From: an uncultured Chthoniobacterales bacterium
Lineage (GTDB): Bacteria; Verrucomicrobiota; Verrucomicrobiia; Chthoniobacterales; UBA10450
Direction of reading: 5' to 3'
Assembly (NCBI GenBank): GCA_964236815.1
Contig: CAXSFN010000020.1
Span: 487-64,486 of the forward strand
Length of the DNA stretch: 64,000 bases
Under the pieces are notes generated by a model that was not told the DNA's origin, did not search any database, and saw nothing but the letters and a program-made list of their open reading frames with translations. Positions 27,501 to 35,844 of the stretch are shown here, piece after piece (position 1 is the first letter of the stretch; each line of letters begins with the position of its first letter). Position numbers and translations under genes: made by a program.

Positions 27501-30500
27501 TTTCGGGTGTCCCAGCGGCAATCAACTCCCCGCCTTCATCACCCGCCTCTGGCCCAAGATCGATCACCCAATCGGCGCATTTGATCACTTCGAGATTGTG
27601 CTCAATCACCACGATGGTGTTCCCGCGCTCGACCAATCCTTGAAACACTTTCACGAGCAACGCGACATCGTCGAAATGCAAACCAGTGGTCGGTTCGTCG
27701 AAGATGAAAAGTTTGCCTAACGAGCGATCGCCGTTCTCGCCCGTGACGTGATCGCTTAAATGCGCGACGAGCTTGAGCCGCTGCGATTCGCCGCCGGAGA
27801 GCGTGTTCAGAGGCTGGCCTAACCGGATGTAACCAAGCCCGACTTCATCGAGCACATCGAGCGGGTCGCCTAGCTTTGGCGACTCGCCGATTTGCGCGAA
27901 GAACTGGATCGCTTCACTAACCGTGAGCTGCAGCACATCGTGGATCGATTTCCCGTAAAGGTGCACGCGGAGCACGTGCGCCTGAAAGCGTTTGCCTTCG
28001 CATTCCGCGCAACGGACGAAGAGATCACTCAAAAATTGCATCTCGATTTTCTCGAAACCAGTCCCGCAGCAGCGCTCGCAACGACCGCTGCCAGAGTTAA
28101 ACGAGAAGGCGCTCGCGGTCAGCCCCTGGGCCTGCGCTTCAGGTAAGGCGGCGAACAATTCGCGCACGCGGTCGTAGAGTCCGAGATACAAAATCGGCGT
28201 GGAGCGCGGGGTGCGCGCGAGCTGCGACTGATCGACCATCACAACATCGCCGACGCGATGCGCGCCGCTGACCGATTTGGAGGCACCAGGTTCCTGTTCG
28301 GTCGATTGACCTTTGGCGCGCGCAAGATTTCGGTAGAGGACTTCGTGGATGAGGGTGGATTTGCCGGAACCGGAAACGCCCGTCACACAGGTAAAAACGC
28401 CGAGCGGAATATCGACGTCGACATTCCTGAGGTTGTGCTCGCGTGCGCCGGTGATCTTGATCGCGCTGGTCGATTTGCGACGTGATTTTGGAATCGGGAT
28501 GCGTTTTTCGCCCAACAAGTAATCGCGCGTTAGCGAGCGAGCGAGCGAGTTCTGGAGAGCGCACGCGACTCGCGTGCCGTTCGCGGCGACTCGCCGCGAA
28601 CCCTGGGAACGCGCCATGGTCACAGACGAAATTACGCTTTCCGATGTGATCGGCGGGTCGCCGATCACAGCACGCGGGTCGCGCGCGCTCCCCAGCATCT
28701 CTTCTAGCGCGCCGTTGAAAATTAATTCGCCACCTTGCTCGCCGCGGCCGGGGCCGATATCGACGACGTTGTCGGCACTGCGGATGATCGCTTCCTCGTG
28801 CTCGACCACGAGAAGCGTATTCCCCTTGTCGCGCAGGCTGTGAATAATACGGATCAGGCGACCGACATCGCGCGGATGCAGACCGACGCTCGGTTCGTCC
28901 ATGACGAAGAGCGTGTTAACGAGCGAGGCGCCGAGGCAGGTGGTGAGATTTACCCGTTGTACTTCGCCACCGCTGAGCGTGCGCGTCGAGCGATCCAGGG
29001 TGAGATAACCAAGTCCGACATCGCACAAATACGCCATTCGGGTCACGACTTCGCGGCGCAGCATTTCCGCGGTGGAGTCGTGCGGCGGAAGCGCGACGTG
29101 CGTGAGCAAATCGCGCGCGCGACCAATCGGTACCGCAGCCAGCGCGGGTAAAGTCAAAGCTGTCGGCAGCCATTTGCCGTTCGTCTCCGATGGGGGCGGC
29201 GTGACCAGTCGATAGTTCAGTGCTGCGGGTTGGAAACGCCCGCCGTTACAGCTCGGGCAGGTGGTATAAGCGCGGTAGCGGCTGAGCAACACGCGCACGT
29301 GCATCTTGTAAGTTTTGCTCTCGAGATATTTGAAAAATCCGCGCACGCCGTACCAGCGGTCACTGTCTTCGTCGTCTTCGTATTCGCCGTTTTTCTTCTC
29401 GCCGTTAATGACGAAATCCTGGTCCGCTTTTGGTAGCTCTTCGAAAGGTGCGCGTACATCGATCTCTTCGCGGGCGCAGGCCCGCAGGAGATCCTTTTGC
29501 GATTCGCCCATTTCTTCGCCACGGAAGACGCGGACTGCGCCGTTGACGATGGAGACGGAACGGTCCGGGATCGCGCGATCCAAGTCGATCGCGATCGTCC
29601 GTCCGAAGCCGCGGCATTCCGGACAGGCGCCGAGCGGACTGTTGAAAGTGAACAAGCCCGGCGTGGGCGGACGAATATCGAGATCGCAATGCGCGCAATG
29701 CCAGCCGGTCGAGAAGGGGATTTCGGAAATCGGAGCGCGGGTTGCGGAGGTGTCTTTTAATTCCGCATTCCGTATTCCGCGTTCCGCAATCACATTGATC
29801 CGGTCTTTGCCGAAGCGGAGCGCGACTTCGAGCGCTTCGACAAGACGGGATCGATTCTCTTCCGCAATCGCGATTCGATCCTGGATGACCTGCACGCGCG
29901 CGCCGAGTCGGCCGATCTTTTTGTCGGTGTCGGCACGAATGACTTCGCCGTTTAGCCAGACGCGCAGGTATCCCTGTTGCTGGATGAATTTGAAGAACTC
30001 CTTCGCTTCCGTTTTCGGCGGAACGGAAACCCAGAAGGTGATGAGAACGGTCTGGGGAGCGCACGCGACTTGCGTGCCGTTCGTGGCGACCGGCCGCGAA
30101 CTTTGGGTGATCGACGGGGCGCCGATCACGGCACCCGGGTCGCGTGCACTCCCCGGAGCTTCTCCTTCGCTGCCGAATTCGCGAAAAATTTCGTTGGCGA
30201 TTGATTTCGCGGTTTCGGGACGAATCTCCCGTTCGCAACTCGGGCAGAACGCATGCGCGATCCTCGGCCAGAGCAATTTCAAATAATCGTTGATCTCCGT
30301 CATCGTGCCGACGGTGGAGCGGGACGATTTTACCGGGTTTGCCTGCTCGATCGCGATCGCGGGCGGGATGCCGCGGATTTCATCGACGCGCGGCTTGTCC
30401 ATGCGGTCGAGAAATTGCCGCATGTAGGGACTGAAGGTTTCGACGTAACGCCGCTGGCCTTCCGCATAAATCGTTTCGAAGGCGAGTGATGATTTTCCGC

Positions 30501-30663
30501 TCCCGCTCGGGCCGGTGATGACAGTTAGTTGACCCAGCGGCAGGTCGAGATCGATACCCTTAAGGTTGTTCTGACGGGCACCGCGGATCTCGATCGAATC
30601 GGAGCGCGGCGGCGGTTCTACCACCGCGCTGGCGTTTCCTTTTTTCCCTTTCGTTCGAGCCAC
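24523..30663 (-). CDS. uvrA: excinuclease ABC subunit A, tandem-fused double UvrA (2046 aa)
   Basis: One uninterrupted ORF starting at GTG 30663. Four Walker A boxes ([32 protein letters not shown]), four LSGGE signatures and paired Cys zinc modules in each half. Both halves start with I.I.GAR.(H/N)NLK and end with the SxTG/APFL-type UvrA tail. Confidence 0.9.
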   Translation of the reverse strand: MARTKGKKGNASAVVEPPPRSDSIEIRGARQNNLKGIDLDLPLGQLTVITGPSGSGKSSLAFETIYAEGQRRYVETFSPYMRQFLDRMDKPRVDEIRGIPPAIAIEQANPVKSSRSTVGTMTEINDYLKLLWPRIAHAFCPSCEREIRPETAKSIANEIFREFGSEGEAPGSARDPGAVIGAPSITQSSRPVATNGTQVACAPQTVLITFWVSVPPKTEAKEFFKFIQQQGYLRVWLNGEVIRADTDKKIGRLGARVQVIQDRIAIAEENRSRLVEALEVALRFGKDRINVIAERGIRNAELKDTSATRAPISEIPFSTGWHCAHCDLDIRPPTPGLFTFNSPLGACPECRGFGRTIAIDLDRAIPDRSVSIVNGAVRVFRGEEMGESQKDLLRACAREEIDVRAPFEELPKADQDFVINGEKKNGEYEDDEDSDRWYGVRGFFKYLESKTYKMHVRVLLSRYRAYTTCPSCNGGRFQPAALNYRLVTPPPSETNGKWLPTALTLPALAAVPIGRARDLLTHVALPPHDSTAEMLRREVVTRMAYLCDVGLGYLTLDRSTRTLSGGEVQRVNLTTCLGASLVNTLFVMDEPSVGLHPRDVGRLIRIIHSLRDKGNTLLVVEHEEAIIRSADNVVDIGPGRGEQGGELIFNGALEEMLGSARDPRAVIGDPPITSESVISSVTMARSQGSRRVAANGTRVACALQNSLARSLTRDYLLGEKRIPIPKSRRKSTSAIKITGAREHNLRNVDVDIPLGVFTCVTGVSGSGKSTLIHEVLYRNLARAKGQSTEQEPGASKSVSGAHRVGDVVMVDQSQLARTPRSTPILYLGLYDRVRELFAALPEAQAQGLTASAFSFNSGSGRCERCCGTGFEKIEMQFLSDLFVRCAECEGKRFQAHVLRVHLYGKSIHDVLQLTVSEAIQFFAQIGESPKLGDPLDVLDEVGLGYIRLGQPLNTLSGGESQRLKLVAHLSDHVTGENGDRSLGKLFIFDEPTTGLHFDDVALLVKVFQGLVERGNTIVVIEHNLEVIKCADWVIDLGPEAGDEGGELIAAGTPESVARIDASHTGRYLREVLGSARDPRAVHGDSLRTSQSVYTEYDHEPVLRAAEEPFGESPNGTRESRVLPGTFTNGHVNNAIQIHGAREHNLKNISLAIPRDKMVIITGLSGSGKSTVAFDILFSEGQRRFLDSMSPYARQFVEQLEKPDVDLVEGVPPSVAIEQRVTRGGGKSTVATVTEVYHFLRLLFAKTGTQFCPDCDLPVEKQSLAAIVKQVETAARRGRLTVLAPLVKARKGFHTDVAAWAKRQGFETLLVDGALIAIEDFRKLERFKEHTIDVVVGMIDAKRIRKARNLVQRALDIGRGTAHLLDANHRVTVMSTEMSCPGCGRAFEELDPRLFSFNSPHGACQECGGFGEIFNQKLQTGEEETGESVLENELAAERESEWIDEEEARDCPACHGSRLNAIARHVRVQGKTIDDFTKLAAIEAFLLIRKLRFRGNQQTIAADLVPEIEQRLQFMENVGLGYLSLGRSAKTLSGGESQRIRLAAQLGSNLRGVLYVLDEPTIGLHPRDNLRLLETLTALREKGNSLVIVEHDEETMRRADHIIDLGPGAGLHGGEVVVEGTLAEIKAHKNSETGRCLRSPLCHPTRKSRRSLGEVEHWVEITGARANNLKNIDARFPVNRLTVITGISGSGKSTLMRSVLLPAVKESLGSARDSRAVSGDSPITLSDVTNSSYGRSKSSRRVAANSTRVACAPQISGADAFETVYEVDQSPIGKTSRSTPATYIKVFDEIRNLYAQLPVSRVRGYVNSRFSFNTEGGRCETCKGQGVIKLEMSFLPSSYVPCEDCGGRRYNPQTLEVLYNDRSIGDVMEMTIEQAAEFFAGNHKIARPLGLLVDTGLGYLKLGQPSPTLSGGEAQRLKLVTELARGTGRAQNERIRKMRKPKSTLYLLEEPTIGLHMADVELLLKVLHRLVDEGNTVIVIEHNLSVIAEADYLIDIGPEAGADGGEIVAFGTPEEVAKNRISRTAPFLRETLGFKPKRFARSKVLSS
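25405..25542. repeat. in-frame palindromic element in uvrA, copy 1 (codons 1708-1753)
   Basis: Inverted arms GGGGAGCGCACGCGACCCGCGTGCTGT...ACAGCGCGCGAGTCGCGTGCGCTCCCC. 138 nt, translated as [46 protein letters not shown]. Confidence 0.85.
27292..27447. repeat. in-frame palindromic element in uvrA, copy 2 (codons 1073-1124, inter-unit linker)
   Basis: Arms GGGGAGCACACGCGACTCGCGTGTTCCGTTCGGCGACTCGCCG ... CGAGTCGCCGTGGACAGCACGCGGGTCGCGTGCGCTCCCC. 156 nt, translated as [52 protein letters not shown]. Confidence 0.85.
28552..28692. repeat. in-frame palindromic element in uvrA, copy 3 (codons 658-704)
   Basis: Arms GGAGAGCGCACGCGACTCGCGTGCCGTTCGCGGCGACTCGCCG ... CGGCGGGTCGCCGATCACAGCACGCGGGTCGCGCGCGCTCCCC. 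141 nt, translated as [47 protein letters not shown]. Confidence 0.85.
30052..30153. repeat. in-frame palindromic element in uvrA, copy 4 (codons 171-204, short form)
   Basis: Arms GGGGAGCGCACGCGACTTGCGTGCCGT ... ACGGCACCCGGGTCGCGTGCACTCCCC with a shortened centre. 102 nt, translated as [34 protein letters not shown]. Confidence 0.8.
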
Positions 30664-30795
30664 CGGAGATTATCCGGGATGCGACACTGCTCCGCAACTT
30701 GAGCGGTGATTTAGACAGGATTTACAGGATGAACAGGATTTCGGAATCGCGAAACTCAGCGTCGTCGCTGGTTCGCACACCAACGCTATTTGCGT

Positions 30796-30920
30796 GTCAT
30801 CCTGAGCCGCGAAGACGGCGAAGGATCTCGCGCACGCTATCGGCCTGCGCGTTAGGGAAGATGGGATTGGCTAGAAAAGGCGTGAGTTCCTTCGGCGCGC
30901 TTCGCCAGCCTCAGGATGAC
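30796..30920. repeat. hairpin MITE/REP-like element, GTCATCCTGAG family, copy D
   Basis: Left arm GTCATCCTGAGCCGCGAAGACGGCGAAGGATCTCGCGC. The right arm is the inverted GTCATCCTGAGGCTGGCGAAGCGCGCCGAAGGAACTC, the same two arm types as copy A in the opposite order. Lies between the uvrA start and the pckG stop. Confidence 0.85.
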
Positions 30921-30979
30921 ATGCGCACGGTTACCCGCGGGTCGAGCGTACAGGATTCAAAAAATCCTGAATAATCCTG

Positions 30980-32794
30980 TTAATCCTGTCCGAATTTCTC
31001 TGCCAGCGTGTCGTGTTGCGCGGTCAACTCTTCCGGCATGTCCTGGCCGATTGTGTTGAAGAACTCTTGCTGCGTTTCCAGCTCTTTCTTCCACTCGTTA
31101 GGCTTGACCGAAAGCAATTCGTCCATCGTTTCTTTCGTCACGCCTGCGAGGCCTTCGGTATCGATGTCGGCCGCGCGCGGGATGAACCCAATCGGCGATT
31201 CGGTTGCGCCGCCACGGCCTTCCGCGCGGTCGATGATCCATTTCAAGACGCGCATGTTGTCGCCGAAGCCGGGCCACAAAAATTTTCCATCCGCGTCTTT
31301 GCGGAACCAGTTCACGTTGAAAATCAGCGGCGGATTTTTCAGGCGCGGGCCAATCTTGAGCCAATGCTTGAAATATTGGCCCATGTTGTATCCGCAGAAA
31401 GGCAGCATCGCCATCGGATCACGCCGCACTTTGCCGACATCGCCAGTCGCGGCCGCGGTCGTCTCGGAACCCATGGTCGCGCCGATGTAGGTGCCGTGTT
31501 CCCAATCGCGCGCCTGAAAAACGAGCGGCATGGTGTCGCTGCGGCGTCCGCCAAAAATGATCGCACTGATCGGCACGCCTTCGCCTTTCTCCACCTCGGG
31601 ATCGAGGACCGGATTGTTCCGCATCGGCGTGGCGAAACGTGAATTCGGATGCGCAGCTTTCTCTTTTGAATCGGGCGTCCAATCGTTGCCCTTCCAATCA
31701 ACCGCGTGTCTCGGCGGTGCGCCGTCTTTGCCTTCCCACCAGACATCGCCGTCATCCGTCAGCGCGACGTTGGTGTAAAGCGTGTCGCGCGCGATCGACT
31801 TCATCGCGTTCGGATTTGATTTCATGCTCGTGCCCGGGACGACGCCGAAGTAGCCGTTCTCCGGATTGACCGCGTAAAGCCGGCCATCTTTCCCGATCTG
31901 CATCCAGGCGATGTCGTCGCCGATGGTCGTGACTTTCCAGCCTTTGAAATGCTCGGGCGGAATGAGCATGGCGAAATTCGTTTTCCCGCACGCGCTCGGA
32001 AACGCGGCCGCGACGTAATGCTTTTTTCCTTCCGGCGATTCGACGCCGAGGATGAGCATGTGCTCGGCAAGCCAGCCTTGCTTGCGCGCAAGATACGAAC
32101 CGATCCGCAGGGCGAGGCATTTTTTCGAAAGCAAAACATTCCCGCCGTAACCGGAGCCGACGGAGATGATCGCGTTGTCCTGCGGGAAGTGGCAGATGAG
32201 CCGGCGCTCCGGATTCACATCGAGCAGGGAATGCGTGCCGCGATTCCACTCGCCGTTCTCGCTCTTCTCGAGCCGTTTTACCGCAATCTCACCCATCCGC
32301 GTCATGATGCGCATCGAGAGCACGACGTAGATGGAATCGCTGATCTCAAACCCGACTTTCGCGAGCGGCGAATCGGGCGGACCCATGATGTAAGGAATGA
32401 CGAACATCGTCCGCCCCTTCATCGCACCTTTGAGCATGCCGTTTAATTTCGTGTAGGTCTCGGCCGGTTCGGACCAGTGGTTGGTCGGGCCGGCTTCCTC
32501 CTTCGTGGGGGTGCAGATAAGGGTGAACTGCTCGACGCGCGCGACGTCGTTCGTATTCGAACGATGCAAATACGAGCGCGGCACTTTCTGTTCGTTTAAC
32601 TTCTCAATCACGCCCTGCTTCTGAGCTTCGCCTAACAAGTAATCGTTTTCCTTTTCCGAGCCGTCGCACCAGAAAATGTTCTCCGGCGTAGTCAGGCGCG
32701 CGACTTCCTGGACCCAATCGAGCACCGCTTGATTGGTCGGTTTCGAATCGCCGATGCCGCTCGGCGGTTGGATGGCGGGCGCGAGATTTTCCAT
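30980..32794 (-). CDS. pckG: phosphoenolpyruvate carboxykinase (GTP)
   Basis: ATG 32794 (MENLAPAIQPP...VLDWVQEVARLTTPENIFWCDGS). FPSACGKTN kinase-1a motif, GDDIAWM, and FGGRR nucleotide motif. The 71 upstream codons of the track ORF are rejected. Confidence 0.95.
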   Translation of the reverse strand: MENLAPAIQPPSGIGDSKPTNQAVLDWVQEVARLTTPENIFWCDGSEKENDYLLGEAQKQGVIEKLNEQKVPRSYLHRSNTNDVARVEQFTLICTPTKEEAGPTNHWSEPAETYTKLNGMLKGAMKGRTMFVIPYIMGPPDSPLAKVGFEISDSIYVVLSMRIMTRMGEIAVKRLEKSENGEWNRGTHSLLDVNPERRLICHFPQDNAIISVGSGYGGNVLLSKKCLALRIGSYLARKQGWLAEHMLILGVESPEGKKHYVAAAFPSACGKTNFAMLIPPEHFKGWKVTTIGDDIAWMQIGKDGRLYAVNPENGYFGVVPGTSMKSNPNAMKSIARDTLYTNVALTDDGDVWWEGKDGAPPRHAVDWKGNDWTPDSKEKAAHPNSRFATPMRNNPVLDPEVEKGEGVPISAIIFGGRRSDTMPLVFQARDWEHGTYIGATMGSETTAAATGDVGKVRRDPMAMLPFCGYNMGQYFKHWLKIGPRLKNPPLIFNVNWFRKDADGKFLWPGFGDNMRVLKWIIDRAEGRGGATESPIGFIPRAADIDTEGLAGVTKETMDELLSVKPNEWKKELETQQEFFNTIGQDMPEELTAQHDTLAEKFGQD

Positions 32795-32914
32795 AGGCTT
32801 AAGGCTTGCGAGGGACTTAGGGTATTTTCGCGCGCTGGGGTTGTCCAAGTTAAATGCGCACCCTCCTTCTCGATGGTCGCTTGCACCCGTGAAAAGCGCG
32901 CCGTTTATTCCGAC

Positions 32915-33754
32915 ATGTTCGGAGTCACGACCGCCGATGACTACAAGCCCGTGACTTGGGTGGGACGTTATCCGGTCGATGTCACCACGCTGCTGGTGAT
33001 CGCCCACGCGTGCACAATGGTTTTAGGGACCATTCTAATTTCCATGCATTTCGGTTCGTTCGTAACCGATCTTCTCTTTGATAGCGCAGAAGTGCTTCGC
33101 GCCGGGCATTTCTGGCAAATTGCGACTTACGCGTTTGTGCATCAGCCATCGCTTTGGTTCGCGATCGATCTCCTGATGCTTTTTTTCTTTGGCCGGGAGG
33201 TGGAAAAATTTATCGGGCGGCGCGCCTTCATTTTGCTCTACGTCAGCTTGCTCCTTTTGCCGACATTGATTCTCACGATATGGGGTCTCGCTGGCCGGAT
33301 TGTGTATGGCGATTCCGGCGCGCTCCACTTCGGGATTTTCGTCGCCTTTGTTGCGATTTATCCTTCCGTCGAGCTGTTTTTTCGGATCCAGGCGAGGTGG
33401 ATCGCGCTCGTTTTCGGCGCCATCTCCGCCTTGCAATTGCTCGCTGCCAACGCCTGGCCGCAATTGCTCGTTTTCCTACTCAGTATCGCTTATGCGTTTT
33501 TTTTCATCTGCGCGCGCGGCGTGGGCGAAGAGCCGGAATGGTGGTCGCGTTTGAAAGAGAAATTTCAACCGAAGCCGAAATTTCAGGTCGTGCCGCGACC
33601 GAGCGCGCGACGCGTCGTCGAGCCGGAAGACATCGATAGCTTGATCGATCCGCTCCTGGAGAAAATTTCGAAGTCCGGCATTAACAGTCTGACTGCGAAC
33701 GAGCGCCGCGCACTCGATCGCGCGCGCGCGCAATTGCTCAAGAAATCGCCGTAG
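32915..33754 (+). CDS. rhomboid-family intramembrane protein (active site apparently degenerate)
   Basis: ATG 32915. Six hydrophobic helices. Rhomboid TM2 block WQIATYAFVHQPSLWFAIDLLMLFFFGREVE and TM4 GDSGALHFG, but no TM6 His motif. Charged ~90-aa C-terminal tail. Confidence 0.6.
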   Translation: MFGVTTADDYKPVTWVGRYPVDVTTLLVIAHACTMVLGTILISMHFGSFVTDLLFDSAEVLRAGHFWQIATYAFVHQPSLWFAIDLLMLFFFGREVEKFIGRRAFILLYVSLLLLPTLILTIWGLAGRIVYGDSGALHFGIFVAFVAIYPSVELFFRIQARWIALVFGAISALQLLAANAWPQLLVFLLSIAYAFFFICARGVGEEPEWWSRLKEKFQPKPKFQVVPRPSARRVVEPEDIDSLIDPLLEKISKSGINSLTANERRALDRARAQLLKKSP

Positions 33755-33776
33755 GCATTCTCTCGCAGGGGCCGCG

Positions 33777-34244
33777 CTACTCCAGCAAGAGCGATCCGGC
33801 CCGTAGCAGTTCCACGAGTTCGGCCGCGGTTTTTGCGACCATGAGCGCGTTGCGCGTGGCCTCATCTCTCGTTAGGCGAGCCAGCGTTCCCACACAAACG
33901 AGATAATCATTCGCCATCCGCTGCGGCACACCGATGAGGAAAATCAGGTGTGCCAGCTCGCTGTTCTCGCCGAATGGCACTCCCTTTTCACTCCGCCCGA
34001 TCCCGAGCACGATCCGCTCAACTAAATCCGTTCGAGCGTGCGGGAGCGCGATGCCGTTTCCCATGTAAGTAGTATGTAATTCCTCGCGCGCGCAGACTTC
34101 AGTGAGGAATTTATCCGGCTCGCGCAGGTTATTCGAACTCTGCATGGTCGTGACGATTTCTCGCAGCGTGTCCTGCACGGTCGATGCCTGCAATTCGAGC
34201 GTGACGCTCCGTTGATCGAGAACCTCCGCGAGGACGATGGCCAT
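33777..34244 (-). CDS. ptsN: PTS IIA-like nitrogen-regulatory protein (EIIA-Ntr type)
   Basis: PTS_EIIA_2 core with GNGIALPHARTD (phosphorylatable His). Start taken at ATG 34244 (MAIVLAEVLDQRSV...); ATG 34280 is the alternative. Confidence 0.8.
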   Translation of the reverse strand: MAIVLAEVLDQRSVTLELQASTVQDTLREIVTTMQSSNNLREPDKFLTEVCAREELHTTYMGNGIALPHARTDLVERIVLGIGRSEKGVPFGENSELAHLIFLIGVPQRMANDYLVCVGTLARLTRDEATRNALMVAKTAAELVELLRAGSLLLE

Positions 34245-35028
34245 GGGGTTTGCCGAGGAATTAGTGGATTCGCGCGGCAAAGCCAGTTATCCAGTTAACG
34301 ACTCCGCCGTGGCAACCGAAAACACTTCTCCGCCTAAACACGAAGAGGCGAACGTTTCCCTCCAGCGCAGCATCTACGACCCGAGCTACGTCAACGCTCT
34401 CTCGCATTTTTATCGCGGCGAACTCGGGCGGATCATGATCTGGCGGCAGCGGCTCGATATCACGACCAACTGGGCCATCACTTCCAGCACGGCCATTATT
34501 ACAATCGCGTTTTCCAATCGCGAAGTGCCGCACATCATTTTCTTTTTCAATCTCGCGATCGTCTGGGGAATGCTGTGGATCGAGGCCCGTCGTTATCGAT
34601 TTTACGACGCCTTCCGCGCGCGCGTCCGCATGCTCGAAGCGCATTTTCTCGTCCCGATGGTGATGGAGAATCGCCAGATGTTGCAGGGCGAATGGAAGAA
34701 ACTGGTTTGTGAAGATCTGATTTTGCCGCGGTTCAAAATCACCCGGCTGGAAGCGGTCGGGCGGCGGTTGAAACGCAATTACGTTTTCATTTTTGTTCTG
34801 ATCATGGTCGCGTGGGTCACCAAAATTTTCCTGCACGCGGCCGAGCCGATCGACAGCCTCGGTTCGTTTTATCGCTCGCTTGGCGTCGGTCACATCCATT
34901 CCTGGGTGGTGGCGGTCATCTTCGTCGGGACCTTTGGGATCGTGATCGGGCTCACAATTTATGTGAGCAAGAAGACCACTGGCGAGATCTCCGAGTTCGG
35001 CGCGCATCGTTCGCTCTGGCGGATATGA
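34237..35028 (+). CDS. integral membrane protein, DUF2270-like
   Basis: HFYRGELGRIMIWRQRLDITTNWAI...WIEARRYRFYDAFRARVRMLE matches my recollection of DUF2270. The start is uncertain (track start 34237 overlaps the divergent ptsN; GTG 34264 is possible). Stop overlaps the mazG ATG (ATGA). Confidence 0.55.
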   Translation: MAMGFAEELVDSRGKASYPVNDSAVATENTSPPKHEEANVSLQRSIYDPSYVNALSHFYRGELGRIMIWRQRLDITTNWAITSSTAIITIAFSNREVPHIIFFFNLAIVWGMLWIEARRYRFYDAFRARVRMLEAHFLVPMVMENRQMLQGEWKKLVCEDLILPRFKITRLEAVGRRLKRNYVFIFVLIMVAWVTKIFLHAAEPIDSLGSFYRSLGVGHIHSWVVAVIFVGTFGIVIGLTIYVSKKTTGEISEFGAHRSLWRI

Positions 35029-35804
35029 GCGAGGCTTTTGCGGAGCTGTGCAAAGTCGTTGCGCAACTTCGAGCGCCCGGCGGCTGCCCGTGGGATCGCG
35101 AACAGACTAACGAGTCGTTGCTGCCGAAGCTTCTGGAAGAAGCTTACGAAGTAGCGGACGCCATCCGCCGATCGGACGAGGCTAATCTGCGCGAGGAGCT
35201 GGGCGACGTTCTCTTGCTTGTCGTGATGCATACACAGATCGCGAGCCAACGCGGGCAGTTCGCGATTCGCGAAGTGTTGGAAGAGATCACGGCGAAATTA
35301 ATTCGCCGGCACCCGCATGTTTTCGGCGAGAGCAAAGCCCATGATGCTGGCGCGGTGGTGAAGCTTTGGGATTCGGTCAAACGGGAAGAGAAGAAGGGAA
35401 AGGATCCCCATTATCTTACCGGAGTCGCGGCCGCCCTTCCGGCTTTGATGCGCGCGCAGAAGATTCAGAAGAAAGCGGCGCATGTGAATTTCGATTGGAG
35501 CGAGGAGGCGGACGTGATCGCGAAAGTCGACGAGGAGTTAGGAGAAACGAAGGACGCGATCGCGAGTGGCATCAAGGAAGACGCGGCAGAAGAGATCGGC
35601 GATTTGCTTTTCGCGGTCGTGAATCTGGCGCGGAAACGCAAGCTCGACGCAGAAACATTGCTGCAAGCGGCGACCGATAAATTCGTGCGGCGGTTTAACA
35701 AGCTGGAAGACGAAGTGCGCGGCCAAGGGAAGCGCCTCGGCGATCTTGAGCTGGACGAGCTGGATGTAATTTGGAACGCGCACAAGGCAGCCGGCCATGA
35801 CTGA
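35025..35804 (+). CDS. mazG: nucleoside triphosphate pyrophosphohydrolase MazG
   Basis: ATG 35025. LRAPGGCPWDREQT...LLEEAYEVADAI...EELGDVLL, and a second EExGDLLF repeat (tandem MazG domains). Confidence 0.9.
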   Translation: MSEAFAELCKVVAQLRAPGGCPWDREQTNESLLPKLLEEAYEVADAIRRSDEANLREELGDVLLLVVMHTQIASQRGQFAIREVLEEITAKLIRRHPHVFGESKAHDAGAVVKLWDSVKREEKKGKDPHYLTGVAAALPALMRAQKIQKKAAHVNFDWSEEADVIAKVDEELGETKDAIASGIKEDAAEEIGDLLFAVVNLARKRKLDAETLLQAATDKFVRRFNKLEDEVRGQGKRLGDLELDELDVIWNAHKAAGHD

Positions 35805-35844
35805 TCCCGGGGAGAGCGCACTCGTTGCGCGCGCTCTGCGTTCC

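Noticed and set aside
29315-30286. 323-aa ORF, plus several 60-280-aa ORFs on both strands inside 24.5-30.7 kb
   Set aside because: All lie within or antisense to the continuous UvrA ORF, whose ABC and zinc motifs identify the true frame.
30728-30745. LexA/SOS box upstream of uvrA
   Set aside because: Only a GAACAGGATTTC segment resembling GAAC-N4-GTTC with a mismatch, and it is part of the ACAGGAT array. I found no full palindromic TGTTC-N4-GAACA or CTGT-N8-ACAG site.
24368-30920. CRISPR array, or an assembly-collapse artefact, as the explanation for the repeated units
   Set aside because: The units are palindromic, irregularly spaced (1.2-1.9 kb), of different lengths, and sit inside an intact ORF or as isolated hairpins. 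There are no regular repeat-spacer periodicity and no cas genes. The two UvrA halves are too diverged to be a collapsed or duplicated assembly repeat.
35813-35837. Hairpin between convergent mazG and mtnA as a bidirectional terminator
   Set aside because: Only a 7-bp stem (AGAGCGC/GCGCTCT) with an 11-nt loop and no flanking U-tract on either strand.
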